A stretch of DNA of 64,000 nt from Marinicella sp. GTDB taxonomy: Bacteria; Pseudomonadota; Gammaproteobacteria; Xanthomonadales; Marinicellaceae. This document shows, one piece after another, positions 9,753-19,750 of this stretch (position 1 is the first letter of the stretch; each line of letters begins with the position of its first letter). Below the pieces are notes generated by a model. The model was not told where the DNA came from and searched no databases. It saw only the letters and a program-made list of their open reading frames with translations. Both the position numbers and the translations under genes were made by a program. The DNA lies in assembly GCA_965230295.1 (NCBI GenBank), contig OZ246001.1, positions 3,776,001-3,840,000 of the forward strand, in the 5' to 3' direction.

Positions 9753-10273
9753 TTTAATGCATAAGTACTTTATGGCACAAATAAATACTGTTCTGAATAA
9801 GTGGAAAAAGTATATATTGTTTGCTTTTCATATAAAGATGTATCGGAATCAGTCATGAAAGAACATAAACATTAAGAGATAATGAGCCTGGTATAATCAT
9901 CCAGTATGTTTACAAATAATTCTAACCCCAGCCAATAATCTTGAAGTAAGTAAAATCATTCTGCCAAATCTGATTCATTCGGGTACTGGGTTTGTCAAAC
10001 TTATCTAAAGCTTGCACCAGAATGTAAGCTGGAGATTTAACCAAGCCTTGTAACTTCAACAGCCTTTACTTTGATTATGATATATGAAACCTTGGGAATC
10101 GCTATATTTGACCGTCAGTTCTTGTGGCGTTACATTGGCATGGTTCAAAGCCATTTCAGCAATGGCTTGTTTCAGTGATAAAGTTTCTGCGCAAAGATTT
10201 TTTGAGAACCAAAAGAGTGCAGGATACTCTGGCCTTACAACAACGCCCTCATATTACATTTAGCTAATTTGTT

Positions 10274-10337
10274 TGCAACAATTTTAAAATTTATTGCAAC
10301 CAGCTTAATATCGCCCCTAAAACATTATTCATATTAT
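10274..10337 (+). promoter_or_regulatory. TGCAAC-N15-TGCAAC box with -10 element
   Basis: tgcaac 10274 and 10295 (21-bp period); TATTAT at 10332. Confidence 0.7.
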
Positions 10338-10421
10338 GTGTGTATGCACGATTTTTTCTGAATTTTCGTGAACTGAGAAAAATCAATCATTTGAATGGCT
10401 TAGATCTACTGATCAATATTA

Positions 10422-11825
10422 ATGAGGTATACCATGAATACAAAGGTTCTTAACAATAACAAAATTTTATTAACAACAGCAATATTAATGGAATTAACCA
10501 CTCGACCTACGACTGTCAACGCCGCCACTATCTTCGTCGACCAAGAAAATTGTCATTTAGCTTCAGCAATCGTTGCTGCAAATACTGATTCTGCTGTATT
10601 TGGTTGTACAGCTGGTTTTGGAGCAGATGAGATCGTTTTAAGCTCAAGAACCCAGATTGTTCTGAATGAGGCCCTGCCAATTATTAACAGTTCCATCACT
10701 ATACAAGGCAATGAATCAAGCATTGAAAGAAATAGTACAGATATATTCAGGGTGATAGATGTTCAGGCTGGTTCCTTAACTTTAAACGACGTTACTTTGA
10801 GTGGCGGTGCTTCTGAAAATTCAGGTTATAGGACGGATTATGGTGCAGGTATAAGGGTGTCATCTGGAAAACTGTATACAAACAATGCTATTGTTAAGAA
10901 CAACAGCGGAATTGGTGTTGCTGTATTGAACAATAGTATCGCAACCATCAACAACTCTGTGGTTGAAAATAATAACGGTTTGGCAACATATTTCAGCGGT
11001 GGAGGCGGGCTTCATATTGAAGGCAGCCAAGTAGATGTGCTCAACAGTGATATTTCAAATAATAACAACAATTCAACTGGGTTTGGTGGGGGTGGTGTCT
11101 ATATTTCAAATTACAATGCCCTATCAATTGTGAACATCAACAGCAGCAGTATTAATAACAACACTTCAATCCGCAGTGGTGGTGGAATAAGTGCCATTGC
11201 CAGTGGTGCAGGGGGGGCAGATGCTATTACTTTAAATATAAGAAACTCAACCATTAGTGGAAATACAACTGATGAAAATGGTGGAGGCATACACTGTAAC
11301 CTTATCAATTCATCAATCATCAGTAGTACAATCTCCGCAAACACAGCTACTGGATACAGGGGCGGTGGGATTTCATGCGGCATCAGTTTTTTACCAGCAG
11401 GATCTGTTGTTAACATTGAGCACAGCATTATATCTGGAAATATTGCGGAAATTGGTAGTGAGATTAACGATTTGGATTCGGTATTTTCAAATGGCTATAA
11501 CATCATAGGTCAGCTGGGTTACAATGGAATAGCAGGACCACTCACGCCTGTTGTATCAGATTTGGTGCCCACCGTTAGTATCGAAAATATAATCAAAAAC
11601 CTTGCTGATAACAGTTCTAACAATAACAAGGGTATGACTCATAATTTAGTGACTGCTAGCCCAGCCATTGACTTGATTAACAACAACATTGATTGCGAAA
11701 CAAGGGATCAAAACGGAGTAATCCGACCACTTGATGGAGATGGGTCCTCAACTAGCGAGTGCGATGCGGGTGCTGTTGAATACGAATTTCACTCTGATTT
11801 GATTTTCAGCGACGGCTTCGAATGA
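10422..11825 (+). CDS. Secreted parallel beta-helix protein with choice-of-anchor Q domain and DLIFSDGFE tail (start probably 10434)
   Basis: CHLASAIVAAN N-terminal motif, GGGI/NSTISGN repeats, C-terminal LADN...THNL...SPAID...DQNG..RPLDGDG...CDAGAVE. Confidence 0.85.
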   Translation: MRYTMNTKVLNNNKILLTTAILMELTTRPTTVNAATIFVDQENCHLASAIVAANTDSAVFGCTAGFGADEIVLSSRTQIVLNEALPIINSSITIQGNESSIERNSTDIFRVIDVQAGSLTLNDVTLSGGASENSGYRTDYGAGIRVSSGKLYTNNAIVKNNSGIGVAVLNNSIATINNSVVENNNGLATYFSGGGGLHIEGSQVDVLNSDISNNNNNSTGFGGGGVYISNYNALSIVNINSSSINNNTSIRSGGGISAIASGAGGADAITLNIRNSTISGNTTDENGGGIHCNLINSSIISSTISANTATGYRGGGISCGISFLPAGSVVNIEHSIISGNIAEIGSEINDLDSVFSNGYNIIGQLGYNGIAGPLTPVVSDLVPTVSIENIIKNLADNSSNNNKGMTHNLVTASPAIDLINNNIDCETRDQNGVIRPLDGDGSSTSECDAGAVEYEFHSDLIFSDGFE

Positions 11826-11843
11826 CTAACACGCCACCAATTT

Positions 11844-11913
11844 GTGCACTTATTGAAATTATATTTACTAACACTACCTTTAAATTATGTCATTAGATAA
11901 GTGCGCATTTTTT
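11844..11913 (+). terminator. Large-loop 3' hairpin (family member)
   Basis: gtgcacttat...ataagtgcgc followed by a T-tract, 18 bp after the stop. Confidence 0.55.
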
Positions 11914-12666
11914 CCATTTTTACCTTTTTACAATAACACTAAAAGCGACCTATGCTTTTATATTGTAAAAACATATAAAACAATAGTTAGTTTAATCCTA
12001 ATTTCACCACTATTACTTTTAATCCAATAGAAAGTGATTTTACTGTGAATGATTTAATTGCTTTTAGAAATTTTGACTGACTTATAATTACCTATTTACT
12101 GAATTTAATCCTTATACCAATTTTTTACTTTTTATTCCTGTTAATAAACAACACTATGGGTACGTCTTCAATTTCATCAATTCAATAAGATATATTCAAT
12201 TTGCTTACTATTTATTTTTTCTTGTATCACAATTTACAGATACTTACATCATTCCAAAAATCATAATTATCCCTTTGTTTTAAAATAACCAAAGTTATTT
12301 AAACATCATCGAAGTCATTGAGTGTTTTGACTTTATCTTCATCAAATGTATGGAAAGATAATTGCAATTAACCTATAGAAAAACGAGAACATAGCGCGTT
12401 CTTTAACACGATATTTATCAGTGTGTAAAACCCAAAAAATTTACACTAATAAAACAATTTCACTTACAATGACTGTGTGTGCTTTAAAAAATATTTTATC
12501 CATCATAAATTACTCAGGTAATGAATGATTTGTCATTCTTGTAATAACATTCGTCTTATCTGTTTTTGTGTTGGCATCTAAGGTTATGGAATCAGTTCAT
12601 CCAATGAGATTGATGATGTATAATTCTGGTGAATTCAATATCTATTGACTACGGTAATTAAACATT

Positions 12667-15600
12667 TTGAAAAAAATTATTTTTATAATATTTTTATGTT
12701 GTAGTTTTACAACCAATGCCAATAAATATTTTGGGCAGCCCCTTGCGGAAATATATACACCAAGTGAAATTCAAGGACATTTCCAAAACTGGTGTCTGTA
12801 TCAAACTAATAATGATTTCATCTACGTGTGTAATGGTAACAGTATTCGAGTCTGGGATGGCGAGTCATGGAGTTTGTTGAGGCTGCCGAATAATTTAGGT
12901 CCAAGGCAACTAACAGAATGGAAAGGGCAGATATATTTGGGATTACCAAAAGATTTAGGTCTATTGAGCGAAAATGGTCAAGGGGTAAAGCAATTCAAAA
13001 GTTTGCTTACTGATGATGAAACACTAGAAATTGATCAAATTTGGTCAGTGGCTGCCACAGAAGATTATTTGTACTTTGTTGATACTAGTCAAATTTTTGT
13101 TTGGGATAATGAAAACTTAACACAATATGACATCCCCGACTTTAAAAGCAAAGTTTACAAATTTAAAAATAAGCTGTATTTAAAAACTTATGATGACATA
13201 TATGTCTACGAAATAACACCCACAGGCCTAAATAAAACTAATTGGCAATTACCGGAGAGGGGTTTGATTCGAGGAATGTTTCAAACAGCATATGGTGATT
13301 TTATGGTCACCAACAACTTTGGTATATATTCTATAGGTTCTGAACTAGAACTGATCAAAAACCCCTTTAACTCAGACGTATTCATTTTTAACAGCATCCT
13401 CACAAATGATGGGTATTTATATGTTGCATCTATCAACAAGGGCCTTTTCATACTTGATCATAAACTAGATATTCGATTGAATTTGACGCAGTCAGACAAA
13501 TTTGGCATGAGCCAAGTGGCTGATGTTATCCAAGATCGACAAGGGAATATATGGGCGGCTGGTTCTCCAAATATAGTGGTTATGCAACCACCACACATAA
13601 TGGGTAAAATCGTATTTGATGGTGATAATAACACTGTTTTGAATATTAAAAATATAGGCGATGAAACTATTGCGCTTGGTCGAGGGGCTTACAAATTGTC
13701 TGATGATAATGAGAGGCATCAGGCAAAATTTAAACATTGGTTGGAATTCAGAACTGTCAATGATGTTATTGAATATGATTATGATATCCTGGTATTTGCC
13801 CATAGCACAGGGATACAAGTTGTCAATTATGTCAATGGCCAGGCAAGAAAAAAGCAAAACCTATTAACAGGAACTCATGTTAATTCGTTATTCCGTCACC
13901 CAAGGACATCTTTTATTTATGCAGCTTCAGATGATGGCCTATTTGAAATAAAACAAGAACGAAATCAATGGATTGTTGAGTCTGTAGATGGTGTTTCCGA
14001 AGATGTTAGTCGGTTGATAATGGGAGACCAAGGCTATTTATGGGTGGGCGATGATTATGGAAATATATTTCAAGTTGAACCCAGCCAAATTGGAACTTCT
14101 AGTAAATTAATCAGGGTGTTTACTGAAAAGAATGGAATAGCCCAAAGCAACGTTGTACCTTTTGTCATAAATAATCAAACCTATATTGGAACATTTGATG
14201 GCGCCATGCAATGGGATGAATTCAATGATAATTTACAAATGGCAGAAGGCTTGCCAGAGATTTTTACAACCAAAGGGCAAGACATTCACCGAGTTTACCA
14301 AGATCATGATAATAACACTTTTTACCGTATCGGTAACCACAGTGGGTTAGCAAAATTTAATCAAGAAAAATGGAGTATAAATGAAAAATTGTTTTTACCA
14401 TTTAAAGCTAATTCAATTCAATCATTTTTGAAGGTCGAATCGACTTTATATTTTGTTGTTCCAGGTGTAGGTGTCTATTATTTAAACCAACCCGAGCATT
14501 CGATTTTACCTCCACAAGGTAAATTACATTTTAGAGCCGTTGAAGATAAACACAAGGGAGAATTACTATTTGATAATGCTGATAACTTAGATTCAATAAA
14601 TCGTAACTATAATGACACTGCACTCCGCTTGCTTTTTGCTTTTACTGATTACTCCTTACCTAACAAAACTTTATACAGAAGTAGGGTTGTTGGGTCAATT
14701 TCTCCTTCATGGTCGGTATGGAATACAGAAAATTTTCGTGAAGTTGATATAACGAAGGGAGGAACTTACGAACTAGAAATCCAAGCTAAGGACGGTTGGG
14801 AAAGACTCTCTGAAATCAAAAGCATTACGTTTACTATTGAACCACCTTGGTTTGCTTCATTTTGGGCTTATACCGCTTATGCCATTCTATTTATAATTAT
14901 TAATATCTTGATTGCGAATTATTATTCGAGATACCGAAATATGAAACTTGAAAAGGCTAAGTTACAACTACAAAAAACAGTCAAGGAAAAAACAAAAAAT
15001 GTTTATATTAAGGCCATGGAACTTGAACAAACACAAATGGCAAAAGATCGTTTCTTTGATGATTTCTCTCACGAATTAAGAACCCCACTGTCCTTGGTAA
15101 TGGCACCTTTAGAACAGTTGAGAGACAAAGATAAGAATGATGATCGGATGTTAGATTTGGCAATTCAAAATGCAGATAAATTGAGAAACCAAGTCAATCG
15201 ATTGTTTCAGATCCATGATGCAAATTTTAACAGCAACGACCTGTCTAAATCAGTGGTAGATTTAAGGGCCCGGGTACAAGAATTGGTAAAAGAATTTATG
15301 CCTTGGTCGATTAAATTGAAGCAACACATGGAGTTAGTTACTAACAAGCAAGAAATATCATGTTTTTGTGATGCCGATAAAATGGATGCTGTATTTAGGA
15401 ACCTGTTAAGCAATGCAATCAAGTACAGTGGTCAACAATCAAATATAAATGTGAATATGGCGCACGATTCGGAGAAGGTTGTTGTTTCAGTAATAGATGA
15501 TGGACCAGGAGTTGCCCAGCAAGATCAACAAAAGGTCTTTTCTCGGGACTTCAAAAGCGATGAGAATAATCAAAGTGATCAACCAGCTGTTGGCATTGGT

Positions 15601-16524
15601 TTGTCTATCGTTAAAGATGTAGTAGAAGCGCATAATGGTTCGATCACATTAAGTACCAATCAGCCTCACGGGGCACATTTTATGGTAATGATTCCAACCG
15701 GGATGAACGCAAATTGTGCAACTATTGAGAATGAGTCAAGAAATGAGGAAGACTCAACCGAACAATTGCAATTACCTAAAAACGACATAATGACCATTAT
15801 GTTGGTTGAAGACAATGACGAATTAAGGGAATTTCTTATTTATGTGTTTGCCACATCATACAAAGTAGTTGACTATGCGAATCCAGTAGAGGCACTGAAG
15901 GATATTGATGAAATACTGCCTGACGTTATTGTCAGTGATGTCATGATGCCAGAAATGAACGGTATTGAATTCACTGTAGCAGTTAGGGAAAAAACAGTAT
16001 TTAGCGCGATACCGATCATTTTATTGACAGCCAAATCAACTCAAAGTGATGTGGAAAAAGGTTTAACCCTAGGGGCGACCGATTACATGGTTAAGCCATT
16101 TAGCCCCAAAGAATTGTTATTGAGGGTAGATAATCACATTAATACGCTTAAGTCGATCGTATCGCATTATAAAATACCTCTTAAAAGTGCTAAAGCTGTC
16201 AGTAAGACATTGCAAAAAATCAATGAAATCATAAAGAACAACTTACATGATACAAATTTCAGCACTTCAGCATTAGCAGAAATGATGTTTATGGATCGAA
16301 CCACGTTATTCCGTAAAATAAAAAAGGAGGTAGGACTCTCTCCTGTAAAATATATTAAATCCTTTAAAATGGAAGTAGCTGCTCAACTATTGATGGAAAA
16401 AGACGTAAGTGTTAGTGAAGTGGCTTATTTAACTGGATTTGATAGTTTGGCTTATTTTTCTGCCAATTTTAAAGCGCATTACCAACAAACACCTTCAGAA
16501 TATATAGCAAAGTTAGACAGGTAG
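12667..16524 (+). CDS. Hybrid two-component sensor histidine kinase / response regulator / AraC (HTCS)
   Basis: Signal peptide, beta-propeller sensor (QDRQGNIW), Y_Y_Y-like domain, TM helix, H-box SHELRTPL, N-box NLLSNAIKY, DDGPG, GIGL, receiver (VEDND, SDVMMP, KPF), AraC HTH (EVAYLTGFDSLAYFS...TPSEY). Confidence 0.95.
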   Translation: MKKIIFIIFLCCSFTTNANKYFGQPLAEIYTPSEIQGHFQNWCLYQTNNDFIYVCNGNSIRVWDGESWSLLRLPNNLGPRQLTEWKGQIYLGLPKDLGLLSENGQGVKQFKSLLTDDETLEIDQIWSVAATEDYLYFVDTSQIFVWDNENLTQYDIPDFKSKVYKFKNKLYLKTYDDIYVYEITPTGLNKTNWQLPERGLIRGMFQTAYGDFMVTNNFGIYSIGSELELIKNPFNSDVFIFNSILTNDGYLYVASINKGLFILDHKLDIRLNLTQSDKFGMSQVADVIQDRQGNIWAAGSPNIVVMQPPHIMGKIVFDGDNNTVLNIKNIGDETIALGRGAYKLSDDNERHQAKFKHWLEFRTVNDVIEYDYDILVFAHSTGIQVVNYVNGQARKKQNLLTGTHVNSLFRHPRTSFIYAASDDGLFEIKQERNQWIVESVDGVSEDVSRLIMGDQGYLWVGDDYGNIFQVEPSQIGTSSKLIRVFTEKNGIAQSNVVPFVINNQTYIGTFDGAMQWDEFNDNLQMAEGLPEIFTTKGQDIHRVYQDHDNNTFYRIGNHSGLAKFNQEKWSINEKLFLPFKANSIQSFLKVESTLYFVVPGVGVYYLNQPEHSILPPQGKLHFRAVEDKHKGELLFDNADNLDSINRNYNDTALRLLFAFTDYSLPNKTLYRSRVVGSISPSWSVWNTENFREVDITKGGTYELEIQAKDGWERLSEIKSITFTIEPPWFASFWAYTAYAILFIIINILIANYYSRYRNMKLEKAKLQLQKTVKEKTKNVYIKAMELEQTQMAKDRFFDDFSHELRTPLSLVMAPLEQLRDKDKNDDRMLDLAIQNADKLRNQVNRLFQIHDANFNSNDLSKSVVDLRARVQELVKEFMPWSIKLKQHMELVTNKQEISCFCDADKMDAVFRNLLSNAIKYSGQQSNINVNMAHDSEKVVVSVIDDGPGVAQQDQQKVFSRDFKSDENNQSDQPAVGIGLSIVKDVVEAHNGSITLSTNQPHGAHFMVMIPTGMNANCATIENESRNEEDSTEQLQLPKNDIMTIMLVEDNDELREFLIYVFATSYKVVDYANPVEALKDIDEILPDVIVSDVMMPEMNGIEFTVAVREKTVFSAIPIILLTAKSTQSDVEKGLTLGATDYMVKPFSPKELLLRVDNHINTLKSIVSHYKIPLKSAKAVSKTLQKINEIIKNNLHDTNFSTSALAEMMFMDRTTLFRKIKKEVGLSPVKYIKSFKMEVAAQLLMEKDVSVSEVAYLTGFDSLAYFSANFKAHYQQTPSEYIAKLDR

Positions 16525-16530
16525 ACTGTA

Positions 16531-16594
16531 TGCAACAAAGCTTATATTCACTGCAACAAGCATAATAACCCCTCTAATACATTCTGCGTAGGAT
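16531..16594 (+). promoter_or_regulatory. TGCAAC-N15-TGCAAC box with -10 element
   Basis: tgcaac 16531 and 16552; TAGGAT at 16589; begins 7 bp after the HTCS stop. Confidence 0.7.
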
Positions 16595-16694
16595 GTGACT
16601 CTACTGATTTATCGTTTTGAAAAAAATATAAATCTCTGAATTAACAGAATGAAAAACATTCAATTAACATGACATATCTGATGAGGAAAACGTA

Positions 16695-16920
16695 ATGAAA
16701 ATACTTAAAGTACCTCTTGCTGTGCATGGATGCATCGAGTTTGAATTTGATGAGTTTGAATTTAATTTATCAGGTTCTTCTGGTTGTTCCGCTATTAATG
16801 ATGGCAATGTTAAGGGCAAAAATCAGCGTAGAGGTAGAAGTATGTGGAATTTTGAAACTGGCAGCTATGTGATATTGAATGCATGGGAAAGAAAAACCCA
16901 ATTTTACTAGTGAAAATTAA
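16695..16920 (+). pseudogene. Internally deleted FG-GAP gene remnant
   Basis: 3' part (gaaactggcagctatgtgatatt...gggaaagaaaaacccaatttt) matches the 3' end of 17676-19256; flanked by the same promoter box and 3' hairpin. Confidence 0.65.
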
Positions 16921-16938
16921 TCACTAAGCAACGAGTAT

Positions 16939-17003
16939 GTGTGCACTTATCGAAAGCTTGTTTCCCCCCCCTTTTTTTTAGTTAGTAGATAAGGGCACAT
17001 TTT
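16939..17003 (+). terminator. Large-loop 3' hairpin (family member)
   Basis: gtgcacttatc...C/T-rich loop...gataagggcac followed by a T-tract. Confidence 0.55.
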
Positions 17004-17269
17004 AAATTCATTTAGGAAAAATGTATCAGGTTTTGAGGCATGCTAGATGAAACACAAAAGAAGGTCAATTTATTATAAAGGTGAATTTATCGTTAATGAT
17101 TTAATAACTGCACATAATTTTGAGTGACTCTTTAAAGTGCCACTCCTCCTAATTGTGCTCCAACCTTAAATTCTGGCAAATACAACTCACCTCGTGTATA
17201 ACAGAATGGTTGGAGCGCAATCCTTACGTTATACGTGCGGCTGACCACTAATTCGATCGAGTAACAAAT

Positions 17270-17530
17270 AGCATACAAGATACACATTTCAGCACTCAAA
17301 GTGTTTGTTAGTCGAAATGATGTTTATGTATCGAATCACTTTACCCCGTAAAATAAAAAAGATAATAGGTGCTCTCCTGTAAAACATAATAAAACCATTA
17401 ATATGTAATCAACTGCTTAACTATTGCTAAAAAGTTAGTCTGCGTTGGCGTAGTGGCTTACTTTCTTTCGATTTTAAAGCGTTATTGCTAATAAATACCT
17501 TCATAAAGTATAGCAAATTCAATCTAATAG
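17270..17530 (+). pseudogene. Decayed duplicate of the HTCS AraC-domain 3' end
   Basis: gatacacatttcagcact, gaaatgatgtttatg, ccgtaaaataaaaaag, ctctcctgtaaaa and attttaaagcg align with 16240-16524. Confidence 0.8.
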
Positions 17531-17536
17531 GCTTTC

Positions 17537-17600
17537 TGCAACAAAGCTTATATTCATGCAACAAGCATAATAATTTCCTCTCAAGCATTCTGTATAAAAT
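17537..17600 (+). promoter_or_regulatory. TGCAAC direct-repeat box with -10 element
   Basis: tgcaac 17537 and 17557 (20-bp period here); TAAAAT at 17595. Confidence 0.65.
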
Positions 17601-17675
17601 TCGTATCAGTGGTTTATCGTTTTTCGGTTTACAAAAGTATAAATCATGATTTAAACAAAATGAGAGAGAAATATC

Positions 17676-19256
17676 ATGGATAAAATTACATTTGTGTATA
17701 TGATTTCAAGTTTGCTTTTTCTAGCTATAAACGGTTTACTCAGTCCGAGCCGGAATATTAATTTAGCTGACATCAATGGAAACAACGGCTTGGTGATTCA
17801 TGGGGAGCAAACTTCAGATTTTTCAGGTTATTCGGTCAGTAGTGCAGGTGATGTTAATGGAGACGGGATTGATGACATAATTATTGGTGCTTTTGAACCA
17901 GATCAGAACACAAAATACAATACTGGGCGCAGTTATGTGGTTTTTGGTAGTGATCAAGGGTTTTCTAATCCATTGGGTTTGGAAAACCTGAATGGATCTA
18001 ACGGTTTTGTTATAAATGGTGCTGAACACAATGATTCATCGGGCATGTCAGTTGCCTCAGCAGGTGACTTTAATAACGATGGGGTTGGAGATTTGCTTAT
18101 AGGAGCACCTGATGCATCAACAGGCATTGGATCAGTTTATATCATTTGGGGTAACAGGGAAGAACAATTCCCCAGCCCATTTGAATTGTCAGACATTAAT
18201 GGTGTTAACGGACTGGTTATCCATGGCGAAGAAGTTCAAGGGAAACTGGGTTTTTATGTCAGTTCAGCGAGTGATGTTAATGGTGACGGAATCAATGATA
18301 TGATTATTAGCTCACCAAAATCGGATGGCAATGGTACTGTCGATTCTGGTGCTATTTATGTGATATTTGGGAATGAATTGGGGCTTCCAAACCCATTTCG
18401 TGTCGGCTCCATTAATGGGGTGAATGGATTTAAGATCAATGGAGTTCCAACTACTGGTGCTCAGTCTGGTTTTTCTGTTAGCAAAGCAGGTGATATTAAT
18501 GCTGACGGTATTTCTGACCTTCTAATTGGTGTTCCATTTGATTCTAGTAACGGTAATTTGTTGTCAGGAAAAGTATACATTATTTTTGGAAAAAATAATG
18601 TATACCCAAATCTCTTTGAACTCTCAAGTATAAATGGATTGAATGGCATTCAGATTAATGGAGAAAATCAGGATGATCATTTAGGTTATTCTGTCAGTTT
18701 GGCTGGCGATGTCAATGGCGATAGTATAGACGACATCATTCTGGGAGCGCCATTTGCACAAGCTAATAATAGCGTGCAAGCTGGTGCCGCATATGTGATA
18801 TTTGGCAGCAATAAAAGACTACCAAACCCATTCAATATATCTACTATCAATGGTTTGAACGGATTCAAGATCACTGGAAATATCATTGGAGGCAAGCTTA
18901 GTCATTCAGTAAGTGGTGGAAGCGATATCAATGGCGATGGCTTAACCGACATAATAATAGGAGAACCTGATTCTAGGGCAGGAAGGAGTCATGTAATTTT
19001 TGGAAGCAACGAGGATTTCTCTAACCCATATAGCGTTGACTCTATCAATGATTCAACTGGATATACCATTAACGGTGTTAATGGTGGTGATTTACTGGGA
19101 TTCTCAGTCAGTGGTGCTGGAGATTTTAACGATGATGGTATTGGTGACATTATATTAGGTGCACATGGTGCTGATCCAAATGATATTTTTGAAGCTGGTA
19201 ACAGCTATGTGATATTTGGGAAAGAACAACCCGTTTTTGCTAATGGATTTGATTAA
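17676..19256 (+). CDS. Secreted FG-GAP (integrin-alpha-like) 7-repeat beta-propeller protein, QPVFANGFD tail
   Basis: Seven G-x-SV...GD[VFI]NxDGxxDxxIGA...YVIFG repeats with Ca-binding DxNxDG loops. Confidence 0.9.
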   Translation: MDKITFVYMISSLLFLAINGLLSPSRNINLADINGNNGLVIHGEQTSDFSGYSVSSAGDVNGDGIDDIIIGAFEPDQNTKYNTGRSYVVFGSDQGFSNPLGLENLNGSNGFVINGAEHNDSSGMSVASAGDFNNDGVGDLLIGAPDASTGIGSVYIIWGNREEQFPSPFELSDINGVNGLVIHGEEVQGKLGFYVSSASDVNGDGINDMIISSPKSDGNGTVDSGAIYVIFGNELGLPNPFRVGSINGVNGFKINGVPTTGAQSGFSVSKAGDINADGISDLLIGVPFDSSNGNLLSGKVYIIFGKNNVYPNLFELSSINGLNGIQINGENQDDHLGYSVSLAGDVNGDSIDDIILGAPFAQANNSVQAGAAYVIFGSNKRLPNPFNISTINGLNGFKITGNIIGGKLSHSVSGGSDINGDGLTDIIIGEPDSRAGRSHVIFGSNEDFSNPYSVDSINDSTGYTINGVNGGDLLGFSVSGAGDFNDDGIGDIILGAHGADPNDIFEAGNSYVIFGKEQPVFANGFD

Positions 19257-19275
19257 CCATTAAGCAAGCAAGTTT

Positions 19276-19345
19276 GTGCTCTTATCGAAAGCTTGGTTTT
19301 TCCCCTTTCCCTTTTTATCCTAGTTAATAGATAAGAGCACTTTTT
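19276..19345 (+). terminator. Large-loop 3' hairpin (family member)
   Basis: gtgctcttatc...gataagagcac perfect 11-bp stem, C/T-rich loop, T-tract. Confidence 0.6.
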
Positions 19346-19649
19346 AAATTCACTGGTGGAAAATAGATCAAGTTTCGATGACATAAAAGATGAAACACAA
19401 AATAACATTAAATCATCCATGTTCAGCCTTTTTAGAAGCTACATTAAAGATATACAAATAAGATTAAGTCTAAAAAAGCTATAACTGCGTTCCAATCAAA
19501 TTTCTTAATTACTGATCTTTTTAGAATTTTAGGAATGGATTTAATTACTATTCCACCTGTATCTTATTTGTAAATTTTTACAATCTTATGTGGCAATTTA
19601 TTCTTTTCAATAAAATAACGTGACAAAAAAATGCTCATATTGCGATGTT

Positions 19650-19714
19650 TGAAACAATTCTCATGACCATCGCAACATTTACAATATGTGACCATAAAAA
19701 TTTTTAGATATTCT
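19650..19714 (+). promoter_or_regulatory. Degenerate TGCAAC box with -10 element
   Basis: tgaaac 19650 and cgcaac 19671; TATTCT at 19709. Confidence 0.5.
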
Positions 19715-19750
19715 TTCCTGCCTTATACCACACTAATCCAGAGGAGAAAA

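Noticed and set aside
17195-17234. GTATAAC...GTTATAC as an integron attC site
   Set aside because: Only ~40 bp, shorter than known attC sites, single copy, and neither recombinase shows a recognisable IntI-specific insertion
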